Assembly: GCA_017958545.1 (NCBI GenBank)
Contig: JAGDCM010000088.1
Coordinates: forward strand, 1,249 to 65,248
Length of the DNA stretch: 64,000 nt
Direction: 5' to 3'
From: Bacteroidaceae bacterium
GTDB taxonomy: Bacteria > Bacteroidota > Bacteroidia > Bacteroidales > Bacteroidaceae
Every line of letters begins with the position of its first letter. The first letter of the stretch is position 1. The translations under genes were made by a program, and so were the position numbers. This document shows positions 27,408 to 36,136 of the stretch, in pieces. A model generated the notes under the pieces. The model had not been told where the DNA came from and made no database searches. It was given only the letters and a program-made list of their open reading frames with translations.

Positions 27408-30400
27408 TTATTTCTTGTTGCGGCGGAAGAGGTGGCGGAAGTGGTTGAACTCTTTCTGGAGCTGGATGCCGAGGCCCTGAGTGTTGAATGAGTTCTGCAC
27501 GAAATAGCGGTCGTTGGTCTTATTATATGCCTTGAGACCGATAGTGCCGTTGCGTGTTAGGAGATACTGCACATCCACGTCGGTGATGATGTTGCGCGTG
27601 GTGTAGTACGACTCACGGTAACCGAAATTGCCGTTGATGAGAAGGCGGTTGTCAAACAGACGGCCTGAAAGCATGCCCTCGACATCGACATTGTCCCAAC
27701 CCGTCTCACCCGTGCGCAGGTTGGCACCGAAATTCCAGTTGCTGGAACCGATGGCATCGCCCAGAAGCTGATTGAAGCGCTGTGAAATGGTGGATGCCAT
27801 GAGGGAATACATCGCCGTACTGGTCTGGCTGGCTCCGTTCTGCGCCATGGCGGCATAACTGTAGAAACGACCGACGCCGAGCAGGTAGATGACCTGAAGG
27901 TTGCGCTCCTCCTCCGTAGACACCATGCTGTGGACGATGCGCTTCTCGTCCTCTGTGGCATTCGGGAGGTCGAAGTCGAAGGTGATGATGGGCGACTGCG
28001 GACGACCGGTGACATTCATGAGGCAGTCCACGCGTGTGTTGTTGAAGCCCAGGGAACTGCTGCCGAGGTCGTTGAGCGACACATTGGGAACGGTGTACAC
28101 CGCCTGCATATTGATGGACGCTGTGAGGGGATTGCCGCTGAAGACGATGGTGCCGCCCGGACGGAAGGTGAAGTCCTTGCGTATGATGTCGTGGAAGGAG
28201 AGGCGGTAGTTGCCGTCAGTGAGACGATAGGTGCCGTAGAGATTGAAACTGCCCTTGTTGTAGAAATTGGCGAGCAGACGTCCCTCGCCGCCCACCTCCA
28301 GACGGTCGTCGGTTCTCTCGTCCATGATGAGGCGCAGACGCATATCGGGGGTCATATCCATGTCAAGGTTCACGCGTATGTCGGTGGTGAGCTTGCTCAA
28401 ATCCTCGAGAGTGGAGGCGCGCCCCTCTGTGGACGCTGCATCGGTGGAGGTTGCGGGGGAGTGGTCGACATAGGTGATGAAGTCGCTATTGGTGATGCCG
28501 CTCGGACTGGCCACGCTGTAAGTGAGCGAGGAATTGCTCTCGGGCTTGATTGCGGCATCCACCTGCACACGGCCGGCTGCGCCGAAGAGGTGTATGTTGC
28601 CGGTGCTGTAGAGCGTGCCGTAGAAGGGCTGGTCATCGAAGTTCTTCATGTCGTAGACAAGAAGACGCTGGGTGTCCATATGGAAATCGTAGGTGAGATC
28701 CTTGAAACTGTTGTGCTGCAGATGCCCTTGCAGATAGCCGAAGTGGGTATAGATGTCGGGACGTCCCTTCTCGTCCATTATCTGGGCGTTCTTCACAAGG
28801 ATGTGGCCGGGACGGAGCAGCACACTGTCCTCCCAGGCGTTGTCGAGATGATAGCGCACGCCCGTGTACGGGATATATAAGGAGAGGGTGTCGAGGTGAA
28901 GGTTGCCCGAGAGGTCTATCTTGCCTAGAGGACCGCCTACGAAGGCCTTACCCGTGACGCGCCCTGTCATTTCCTCGATGATGCCCTTCGTGAAGAAATT
29001 GAGGAAGCCGAGATCGAAGTGCTTGGTGTCGATATCGAGATGCAGGCGGCTTTCGGGACGGCGGCCCGGTACGACAAGACCGCTCACATACGTATCCATA
29101 TCGTTGGGGGCATCGTATACGTGGCCCTCGATGTCGAGAGTGTTGGGGGTGCGACCCCACGTGAGATGCGCGTCGCACTCGCCCTCTGGGGTGCCGTTGA
29201 AGGTGAATTCATCCACATGCGCATAGGCATCTGCTACGGGATTCTTCATGAGACCCGTGAGATAACCCTTGCCGCTGGCGTTGCCGCCGAAGAGTACGTC
29301 GTGGAACTTCATAAGGTCGAGGATATATGCCACGTTGATGTCCTTGAAGGTGGCTGTCAGCGTGTCTGTGTCGCTGGCCGAGATGCGACCGTTGACGGAT
29401 ACGTTGCGTTCGTGTTCGGAAGCCCGTATGCCGCTTACATCGATGACACCCTCGTGCATATGCGCCGTGGCGGGATGCACCTGCCATGTGGTGTCGTTGA
29501 TGACAATCTTGGAGGGGGCAATCCAGAGACGGACATCGCGGCCTCCGAGGCTGTCCTTGCCGAGAAGCACTGTGGCATCAAGCTCGCCCTCCTGACGTGG
29601 AGTGCGGTTGTTGTTCCACGAGAAGATGCCGTGCAGACGTTCCAGCGTACCCTCCACGTCGAGGGAGAAAGCGGTGGCACCGAGTGGCATGTCGCGCTCC
29701 GTGTAGAGGTTGCAGTCGAGACCGTCGGGAGAGTAGTTGAAGTTGAGCTGTGTGTTGACGAGCCTCTCCTTGTTGTAGGTCAGTGTCGGTACCTCCAAGA
29801 GGCTTCTTACGGACGATTTCCTGATGTTGAATTTGGGGTCGAGAGAAAGCGTTCCGACGAGTATTCCCTGCTGCGGAATCGTCATGTCGATGTCGGCAAA
29901 CTTGCGCAGGAGCAGTGTGTCGGAGAAGGTGAGTGCGAACTCGAGGCTGTCTTCAAGTGTTCCTGAAGCTTCGAGCTGTATATCTCTGGTCAAGAGTGAT
30001 ATATGACGTGCATTTTCGTATATGTAGTGTGACAGTTTGATGTTGGTGGGAGGCATGAGAATTTTGTCGTCTTCGCGGTTCCATGAGAAGTTCTCGATGT
30101 TGATTTCACCCTGAGTTGCCATCCATCGGTCGCCTGCCACCTGAAAGTGTGCATCTAGGTTGCCGTGAGGGTCGTCGAGGGATGCTTCCAGTTCTGTGTC
30201 GCGTCCCTTGCGGGTGACGTGGCAGTTTAGACCTCGCAAGGTATATCCGCTCAGCTGGAGCAGAGGTGAATGAAGTTGAGCGGTGACTTCAGGAAGCCCG
30301 CCGTTGCCCTTTATCCGCCCTTCGGCATCGAGATGGAGGGCAGTTCTGTGGATGAATTTCGCCCCTGTCTCATGGGTGAGGGGAGCCACATTCAATGTGT

Positions 30401-31361
30401 CGGTGGAGAGCGATGCGGAGAAGTCGTTGTTATCGAGCAGAGTGCCCCGCAGCATCAGTTGGCCGAGAGCCGTGCGGGTGTTGAGACTGATGCGGTGGTT
30501 GTGCAAGTCGCTCTCCATATTGCCGTTCACATCCACTTCGCCAAGTGCCTGTAGTCTATCGGGCAGATTTCTTACATTGAGACTGCGGATGACGGCAATG
30601 AAGGAGGGGGAGGTGAGCGCGTTGTCTACATAACCTTCCGCGAGGAACGAAAGGGTATAGAGGGGCGATGACGCCTCGATGCGGTATGCTTCGATGCGAC
30701 GCTCGTTGCCGGATGCCTCCACGCGTATATTGACGGCTCCGGGGAACTGCGGCAACGGCGGCAGTGTGGCATCAAGGAAGAACTGGCTGATATTGAATGC
30801 TTGGCGCGTAGCCTGTCCGTCAGCTATAAGGTTGTGTATGGCAAGACCGTGACCCTCGACGAATGATAGGCGTTTCAGGGAGAGTGAAATGCTGTCTTTT
30901 GTGAGGCGGTGGAGGTGGGCTGTCATGTTGATGGAGGAAACGCTCAAGCTGTCCCATTGTACTTCGCTGCGACGCACAATAAGACTGCCGATGCGGAGGT
31001 CGAGGGGAAATTCGTCCTTCTTCTCTTTGGAGGAAAATGCGTCAATGAGAAACTGCAGGTTGAGAGTGCTGTCAACATTGTGGTAGAAATGCGATTTGCT
31101 GCTGAGTATCTGTGCGTTATCGATGACGATGCGACCCTCGGTAATGAGCGGCAGTAGTTCCATCTTCGCTGCCACGCGGTGGGCCTGCAACATCAGTGTG
31201 TCCTGCCGGTCCCAAAGATATATGTTGTCGAGCATCACACGTCCCTGCAGATTTACGGTGATACGACCGATGGAGACGCGACTTTTTATCTCTCGGGAGA
31301 GTATGGCAGAAGCCGTCCTGCCCAACCATTTCTGCACCTGCGGAACGGATAGGAAAAGCAC
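27408..31361 (-). CDS. tamB: Translocation and assembly module protein TamB (DUF490 family); annotated from the GTG, true N-terminus apparently upstream (see findings)
   Basis: 1317-aa ORF of repetitive beta-rich sequence with a C-terminal DUF490-like region. The N-terminal anchor helix continues in frame upstream of the GTG. Confidence 0.8.
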   Translation of the reverse strand: MLFLSVPQVQKWLGRTASAILSREIKSRVSIGRITVNLQGRVMLDNIYLWDRQDTLMLQAHRVAAKMELLPLITEGRIVIDNAQILSSKSHFYHNVDSTLNLQFLIDAFSSKEKKDEFPLDLRIGSLIVRRSEVQWDSLSVSSINMTAHLHRLTKDSISLSLKRLSFVEGHGLAIHNLIADGQATRQAFNISQFFLDATLPPLPQFPGAVNIRVEASGNERRIEAYRIEASSPLYTLSFLAEGYVDNALTSPSFIAVIRSLNVRNLPDRLQALGEVDVNGNMESDLHNHRISLNTRTALGQLMLRGTLLDNNDFSASLSTDTLNVAPLTHETGAKFIHRTALHLDAEGRIKGNGGLPEVTAQLHSPLLQLSGYTLRGLNCHVTRKGRDTELEASLDDPHGNLDAHFQVAGDRWMATQGEINIENFSWNREDDKILMPPTNIKLSHYIYENARHISLLTRDIQLEASGTLEDSLEFALTFSDTLLLRKFADIDMTIPQQGILVGTLSLDPKFNIRKSSVRSLLEVPTLTYNKERLVNTQLNFNYSPDGLDCNLYTERDMPLGATAFSLDVEGTLERLHGIFSWNNNRTPRQEGELDATVLLGKDSLGGRDVRLWIAPSKIVINDTTWQVHPATAHMHEGVIDVSGIRASEHERNVSVNGRISASDTDTLTATFKDINVAYILDLMKFHDVLFGGNASGKGYLTGLMKNPVADAYAHVDEFTFNGTPEGECDAHLTWGRTPNTLDIEGHVYDAPNDMDTYVSGLVVPGRRPESRLHLDIDTKHFDLGFLNFFTKGIIEEMTGRVTGKAFVGGPLGKIDLSGNLHLDTLSLYIPYTGVRYHLDNAWEDSVLLRPGHILVKNAQIMDEKGRPDIYTHFGYLQGHLQHNSFKDLTYDFHMDTQRLLVYDMKNFDDQPFYGTLYSTGNIHLFGAAGRVQVDAAIKPESNSSLTYSVASPSGITNSDFITYVDHSPATSTDAASTEGRASTLEDLSKLTTDIRVNLDMDMTPDMRLRLIMDERTDDRLEVGGEGRLLANFYNKGSFNLYGTYRLTDGNYRLSFHDIIRKDFTFRPGGTIVFSGNPLTASINMQAVYTVPNVSLNDLGSSSLGFNNTRVDCLMNVTGRPQSPIITFDFDLPNATEDEKRIVHSMVSTEEERNLQVIYLLGVGRFYSYAAMAQNGASQTSTAMYSLMASTISQRFNQLLGDAIGSSNWNFGANLRTGETGWDNVDVEGMLSGRLFDNRLLINGNFGYRESYYTTRNIITDVDVQYLLTRNGTIGLKAYNKTNDRYFVQNSFNTQGLGIQLQKEFNHFRHLFRRNKK

Positions 31362-31463
31362 AAGGGACAGATAGCATACGGAAAGTACGATAACTACCCA
31401 GCTGATGATGTATTTTAGCGCTTTTATAGAGTTCTAATTGACGTTTTTTATCATTTTGCGGGA

Positions 31464-31481
31464 TAAAGGTAACATTTTTTT
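31464..31481 (-). promoter_or_regulatory. A7 + TGT + TACCTTTA promoter-like element 9 nt upstream of ATG 31454 (ancestral tamB start)
   Basis: Minus strand reads AAAAAAA TGT TACCTTTA TCCCGCAAA ATG. Same architecture as the hisH promoter. Confidence 0.45.
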
Positions 31482-31503
31482 AGGGATTATTTGTCCTTGC
31501 GAG

Positions 31504-31521
31504 AAAAAAAACGTATTTTTG
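31504..31521 (+). promoter_or_regulatory. A8 + CG + TATTTTTG promoter of the nqr operon
   Basis: TAnnTTTG match 33 nt upstream of the nqrA ATG at 31555. Confidence 0.55.
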
Positions 31522-31554
31522 TCGGGTGAATTTATCAAATTTAGTATTAAAATA

Positions 31555-32883
31555 ATGGCAAAAGTAATCAAGTTGCGCAAAGGTCTTGACGTAAAGCTCA
31601 AGGGAACTGCAGCTTTGGAAACTATTGCGGTGAAGATGTCGGGAGAGTATGCTATCTGTCCCGACGATTTCTGCGGAGTGAAGCCAAAGCCTGTGGTGAA
31701 GGAGGGCGATGAAGTCAAGGTCGGTGATGCCTTGTTCGTGGACAAGTTGCATCCGGAAGTGAAATTTGTGTCGCCGGTGAGCGGTACGGTTTCGCTGATT
31801 GAGAGAGGCGACCGCCGCAAGTTGCTCAGCATCCGTGTGAAGGCTGACGGCAAGCAGACGGCCCGCAAGTTTGATGTGAAGGGCGACGTGAAGGCCTTGA
31901 TGATGGAGAGCGGCATGTTTGGCATGATGCTCCAGAGACCATACGCTGTCGTTCCGAGTCCTGAAGACAAGCCCAAGGCAATCTTCGTGAGTGCATTCAA
32001 TTCGATGCCTCTGGCTCAGAATTTCGAGTATGTGCTGGAAGGTCAGGAGGCTGCATTCCAGGCCGGTATCACAGCTCTTTCCAAGCTGGCTAAGGTGTAT
32101 CTCGGCGTGAGCAGCAAGCAGAAGGCAAAGGCTCTGCTCGAGGCCAAGGACTGCGAGGTGAACGTCTTTGACGGTCCCGCTCCCGCAGGTAATGTCGGTG
32201 TGCAAATCAACCATATCGACCCGGTGAACAAGGGCGAGGTGGTATGGACAATGGCTCCCGAGGTGGTTATCATGCTCGGTCGTCTGCTGAACAGCGGCGT
32301 GGTGGACTTCACCCGTAAGATAGCCGTTGCCGGCAGTGAGGTGAAGGCTCCCAAGTATGCACAGGTGATTGTCGGTGCAAAGCTGGGTGACATTCTCGAA
32401 GGCAATATCGACAAGGCTGCCAACAACCGCATCATCGACGGTAATGTGATGACCGGTATGAAGTCCTCTCTCGAGGGTTTCCTCGGTGCACAGACGACGG
32501 AAGTCAATGTGATTCCCGAAGGCGACGACGCAGACGAGATGCTGGGTTGGATTATGCCGCGTTTCGGTCAGTTCTCCACAAGCCGCACCTATTTCTCATG
32601 GCTGATGCCCAAGAAGGAGTATCGTCTGGATGCTCGTGTCAAGGGCGGAGAGCGTCACATGATTTTTTCCGGTGAATATGACAAGGTGTTCCCGATGGAT
32701 ATCTATGCAGGTTACCTCATCAAGGCAATCATCGCAGAGGATATCGACCGTCAGGAGGCACTGGGTATCTATGAAGTTGCCCCTGAGGATTTTGCTTTGG
32801 CTGAGTTTGTGTGCTCTTCCAAGCTTGAACTTCAGAGGATTGTAAGACAGGGTCTGGATACCCTGAGAAAGGAGAATATGTGA
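31555..32883 (+). CDS. nqrA: Na+-translocating NADH:quinone oxidoreductase subunit A
   Basis: MAKVIKLRKGLDVKLKGTA start, typical of NqrA. First gene of a six-gene nqr cluster. The track start at 31438 lies upstream of the promoter box. Confidence 0.9.
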   Translation: MAKVIKLRKGLDVKLKGTAALETIAVKMSGEYAICPDDFCGVKPKPVVKEGDEVKVGDALFVDKLHPEVKFVSPVSGTVSLIERGDRRKLLSIRVKADGKQTARKFDVKGDVKALMMESGMFGMMLQRPYAVVPSPEDKPKAIFVSAFNSMPLAQNFEYVLEGQEAAFQAGITALSKLAKVYLGVSSKQKAKALLEAKDCEVNVFDGPAPAGNVGVQINHIDPVNKGEVVWTMAPEVVIMLGRLLNSGVVDFTRKIAVAGSEVKAPKYAQVIVGAKLGDILEGNIDKAANNRIIDGNVMTGMKSSLEGFLGAQTTEVNVIPEGDDADEMLGWIMPRFGQFSTSRTYFSWLMPKKEYRLDARVKGGERHMIFSGEYDKVFPMDIYAGYLIKAIIAEDIDRQEALGIYEVAPEDFALAEFVCSSKLELQRIVRQGLDTLRKENM

Positions 32884-34055
32884 TGAATCCGTTAAAGAAA
32901 TTTTTCGATAATATCCATCCGCTCGTAGAAGAGGGCGGCAAGCTGCATTGCCTGCGCTCGCTGGTGGATGGCTTTGAGACCTTTGCCTTCGTACCCAACA
33001 CGACGTCCAAGCGCGGCGGCGTGAACATCCATGATGCAGTGGACTCGAAGCGCCTGATTTTCTTCGTGATTATCGCCCTGATGCCGGCACTGCTGTTCGG
33101 TATGTATAACGTGGGCTATCAGAACGCTCTCATGGGCGGAGGCGACACCTCGGACTTCTGGGGACTCTTCCTCTACGGTTTCCTGGCTGTGCTGCCGAAG
33201 ATTCTCGTGAGCTACATCGTAGGTTTGGGTATCGAGTTCACTGTGGCCCAGTGGAAGAACGAAGAGATTCACGAGGGTTTCCTTGTTACCGGTATGATTA
33301 TTCCCATGATTGTTCCTGTGACGCTGCCTTTGTGGATGCTTGCTGTTGCAACGGCATTCTCCGTGATATTCGCCAAGGAGATTTTCGGCGGTACGGGTAT
33401 GAACATCTTCAACCCCGCACTTATCACACGTGCTTTCCTGTTCTTCTCATATCCTTCGGCTATGACGGGCGACAACCACGTGTGGGTGAACGGTGATAAG
33501 ATTCTCGGTCTGGGTTACGAGGCTTCTGACGCTCTCTCCGGTGCAACACCTCTAGGTGAGGCTGCTGTGGAGGGTTTCCAAGGCTTCGACTGCGCTACAA
33601 TCGGTAACGCCATCACAGGTCTTATTCCCGGCAGTATCGGTGAAACAAGTGTGATTGCCATTGCACTGGGTGCTCTGCTGCTGCTCTTCACGGGCGTTGC
33701 TTCGTGGAAGGTGATGCTGAGCGTATTCGTCGGCGGTGCTGCTACAGGATATCTGATGCAGGCAAGCGGTCTGACGGAGATTGAATGGTGGCATCAGCTG
33801 GTCATCGGCGGTTTCTGCTTCGGTGCCGTATTTATGGCTACCGACCCTGTGACTGCAGCCCGCACAGAAGGCGGCAAGTATATCTACGGTCTGATGATAG
33901 GTTTCATTGCAGTACTGGTACGTGTATTGAATCCCGGTTATCCCGAGGGTATGATGCTCGCCATCCTGCTGATGAACCTGTTTGCACCGCTCATCGATTA
34001 CTGCTTCGTGCAGAGCAATATTAACAAGCGTGCAAAGCGCGCCCTTAAAAAGTAA
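32883..34055 (+). CDS. nqrB: Na+-NQR subunit B
   Basis: Polytopic membrane protein with the FMN-attachment region SGATPL. Its ATG overlaps the nqrA TGA. Confidence 0.9.
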   Translation: MNPLKKFFDNIHPLVEEGGKLHCLRSLVDGFETFAFVPNTTSKRGGVNIHDAVDSKRLIFFVIIALMPALLFGMYNVGYQNALMGGGDTSDFWGLFLYGFLAVLPKILVSYIVGLGIEFTVAQWKNEEIHEGFLVTGMIIPMIVPVTLPLWMLAVATAFSVIFAKEIFGGTGMNIFNPALITRAFLFFSYPSAMTGDNHVWVNGDKILGLGYEASDALSGATPLGEAAVEGFQGFDCATIGNAITGLIPGSIGETSVIAIALGALLLLFTGVASWKVMLSVFVGGAATGYLMQASGLTEIEWWHQLVIGGFCFGAVFMATDPVTAARTEGGKYIYGLMIGFIAVLVRVLNPGYPEGMMLAILLMNLFAPLIDYCFVQSNINKRAKRALKK

Positions 34056-34061
34056 ACAGAT

Positions 34062-34850
34062 ATGGCAAAGAAATTTATATGCAGTCAGTGCGGCCAGACA
34101 TTCGAAGCCGCATCAATGCCCGATAAGTGCCCTATCTGCGGCGCTGACGCTTCCATGATTAAGGAAGTGAAATCGAAGGGCATCAATACCAACGGCAACG
34201 TATACACCGTTGTCTACGCTGCTGTGATGGTGATTGTCGTTGCTTTCCTGCTGGCATTCGTAAGTTCGGCTCTCAAACCCGTTCAGGATGCCAATGTGGA
34301 GAACGACACAAAGGGACAGATCCTCTCTGCTCTGGGTTATAACAAGGCTACTATCAACGTGGGTGAGACCTACGCACAGAATGTGAAGGATATGCTGTTC
34401 AAGGACGGCGAACTGGTTCCCTACGAAGGTAAGTTCAATACCGTTTACGGCAGTCTTATCAAGGCCGGCGAACTTCACGTATTTGAGGCAACGGCGGCAA
34501 ACGGTGAGAAGGCCTACGTGATTCCTGTGACAGGTCGCGGTCTGTGGGGCGGTCTGTGGGGCTACATCGCAGTGAACGAGAGTAAGGACAAGGTGCTGGG
34601 CACTTATTTCTACCATGAGAGCGAGACCGCAGGTCTTGGCGCCCGTATCGGTGAGAAGGATTTCCAGCAGCAGTTTGACGGTCGTCCCGTCTTCGACGAA
34701 AGCGGTAACGTTGCACTCACAGTGGTGAAGCAGGGTGCCGGTGATGACAAGTTCCAGGTGGACGGTATCACAGGTGCTACGTTGACATCAAAGGGCTGTG
34801 GTGCAATGGTGACCGAAGGCTTGGACGCTTATGTGGAATTTTTAAAATAA
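34062..34850 (+). CDS. nqrC: Na+-NQR subunit C with an extra N-terminal CxxC...CxxC zinc-ribbon extension
   Basis: TM helix VYTVVYAAVMVIVVAFLLAFV and FMN-binding motif GITGATLTS. The first 31 codons are MAKKFICSQCGQTFEAASMPDKCPICGADAS. Confidence 0.85.
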   Translation: MAKKFICSQCGQTFEAASMPDKCPICGADASMIKEVKSKGINTNGNVYTVVYAAVMVIVVAFLLAFVSSALKPVQDANVENDTKGQILSALGYNKATINVGETYAQNVKDMLFKDGELVPYEGKFNTVYGSLIKAGELHVFEATAANGEKAYVIPVTGRGLWGGLWGYIAVNESKDKVLGTYFYHESETAGLGARIGEKDFQQQFDGRPVFDESGNVALTVVKQGAGDDKFQVDGITGATLTSKGCGAMVTEGLDAYVEFLK

Positions 34851-34865
34851 GGAGGACAACAGGTT

Positions 34866-35489
34866 ATGAAACTATTTTCAGCAGAGAATAAGGCCGCATT
34901 GACAGGTCCTCTCAACCTTAACAACCCCATCACCGTTCAGGTGCTCGGTATCTGTTCGGCACTGGCCGTGACGTCGCAGTTGGCACCGGCCATCGTGATG
35001 GGACTCTCCGTGACGGTTATCACGGCTTTCTCGAACGTTATTATCTCGCTTATACGCAAGACTATTCCCAACCGCATACGTATCATCGTGCAGTTGGTAG
35101 TTGTAGCTGCTCTGGTGACAATCGTAAGCCAGATTCTCAAGGCATACGTTTACGACGTGAGTGTGCAGTTGAGCGTGTATGTCGGTCTGATCATCACCAA
35201 CTGTATCCTGATGGGTCGCCTCGAGGCATTCGCTATGCAGAACGCTCCCTGGCCTTCTTTCTTGGACGGTATCGGTAACGGTCTCGGATATGCGTTGGTA
35301 CTTGTGCTGGTAGGCTTTGTGCGCGAGCTCTTCGGATTCGGCACTTTGTTCGGCTTCCAGGTGGTACCGCAGTGTGCTTATGAGGCAGGCTACATGAACA
35401 ACGGCATGATGGTGATGCCGGCTATGTCGCTTGTCATTGTGGGATGTGTCATCTGGGCTCATCGTTCATTTAATAAGGAGGAGAAGTAA
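34866..35489 (+). CDS. nqrD: Na+-NQR subunit D
   Basis: 207-aa polytopic protein; NqrD/RnfE-like sequence [17 protein letters not shown]. Confidence 0.9.
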   Translation: MKLFSAENKAALTGPLNLNNPITVQVLGICSALAVTSQLAPAIVMGLSVTVITAFSNVIISLIRKTIPNRIRIIVQLVVVAALVTIVSQILKAYVYDVSVQLSVYVGLIITNCILMGRLEAFAMQNAPWPSFLDGIGNGLGYALVLVLVGFVRELFGFGTLFGFQVVPQCAYEAGYMNNGMMVMPAMSLVIVGCVIWAHRSFNKEEK

Positions 35490-35491
35490 GT

Positions 35492-36118
35492 ATGGAACAC
35501 ATGATTTCACTCTTTGTCCGCTCCATCTTTGTGGACAATATGATTTTTGCCTTCTTCCTGGGTATGTGCTCCTATCTGGCAGTATCCAAGAATGTGAAGA
35601 CGGCGTTGGGTCTGGGTATCGCTGTAACTTTCGTGTTGGTTATAACAGTGCCCGTGGACTACGCATTGCAGGTGTATGTGCTGGCTCCTGACAAACTGGT
35701 GCCCGGTGTCGACCTGACATTCCTGGCTTTCATCCTGTTCATTGCGGTGATTGCCGCTATGGTGCAGCTGGTGGAGATGATTGTGGAGCGTTTCTCTCCC
35801 TCTCTGTATGCCAGTCTCGGTATTTTCCTGCCTCTGATTGCTGTGAACTGCGCCATCATGGGTGCATCTCTGTTTATGCAGCAGCGCATAGGTATGGAAC
35901 CCACAAATGCACAGTATATCGGTGGTGTGGGTGATGCTGTGGCTTATGCCTTCGGTTCCGGTATCGGCTGGTTGCTTGCTATTGTCGGTCTGGCCGCTAT
36001 TCGTGAGAAGATGGCTTACACGGATGTGCCCAAGCCTCTGCAGGGTCTCGGTATCACATTCATCACAGTAGGTCTGATGGCTTTGGCATTCATGTGCTTC
36101 AGCGGTCTTAATATTTAA
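35492..36118 (+). CDS. nqrE: Na+-NQR subunit E
   Basis: 208-aa polytopic protein; NqrE/RnfA-like sequence [25 protein letters not shown]. Confidence 0.9.
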   Translation: MEHMISLFVRSIFVDNMIFAFFLGMCSYLAVSKNVKTALGLGIAVTFVLVITVPVDYALQVYVLAPDKLVPGVDLTFLAFILFIAVIAAMVQLVEMIVERFSPSLYASLGIFLPLIAVNCAIMGASLFMQQRIGMEPTNAQYIGGVGDAVAYAFGSGIGWLLAIVGLAAIREKMAYTDVPKPLQGLGITFITVGLMALAFMCFSGLNI

Positions 36119-36136
36119 AAGCAGGAGGAATATACG

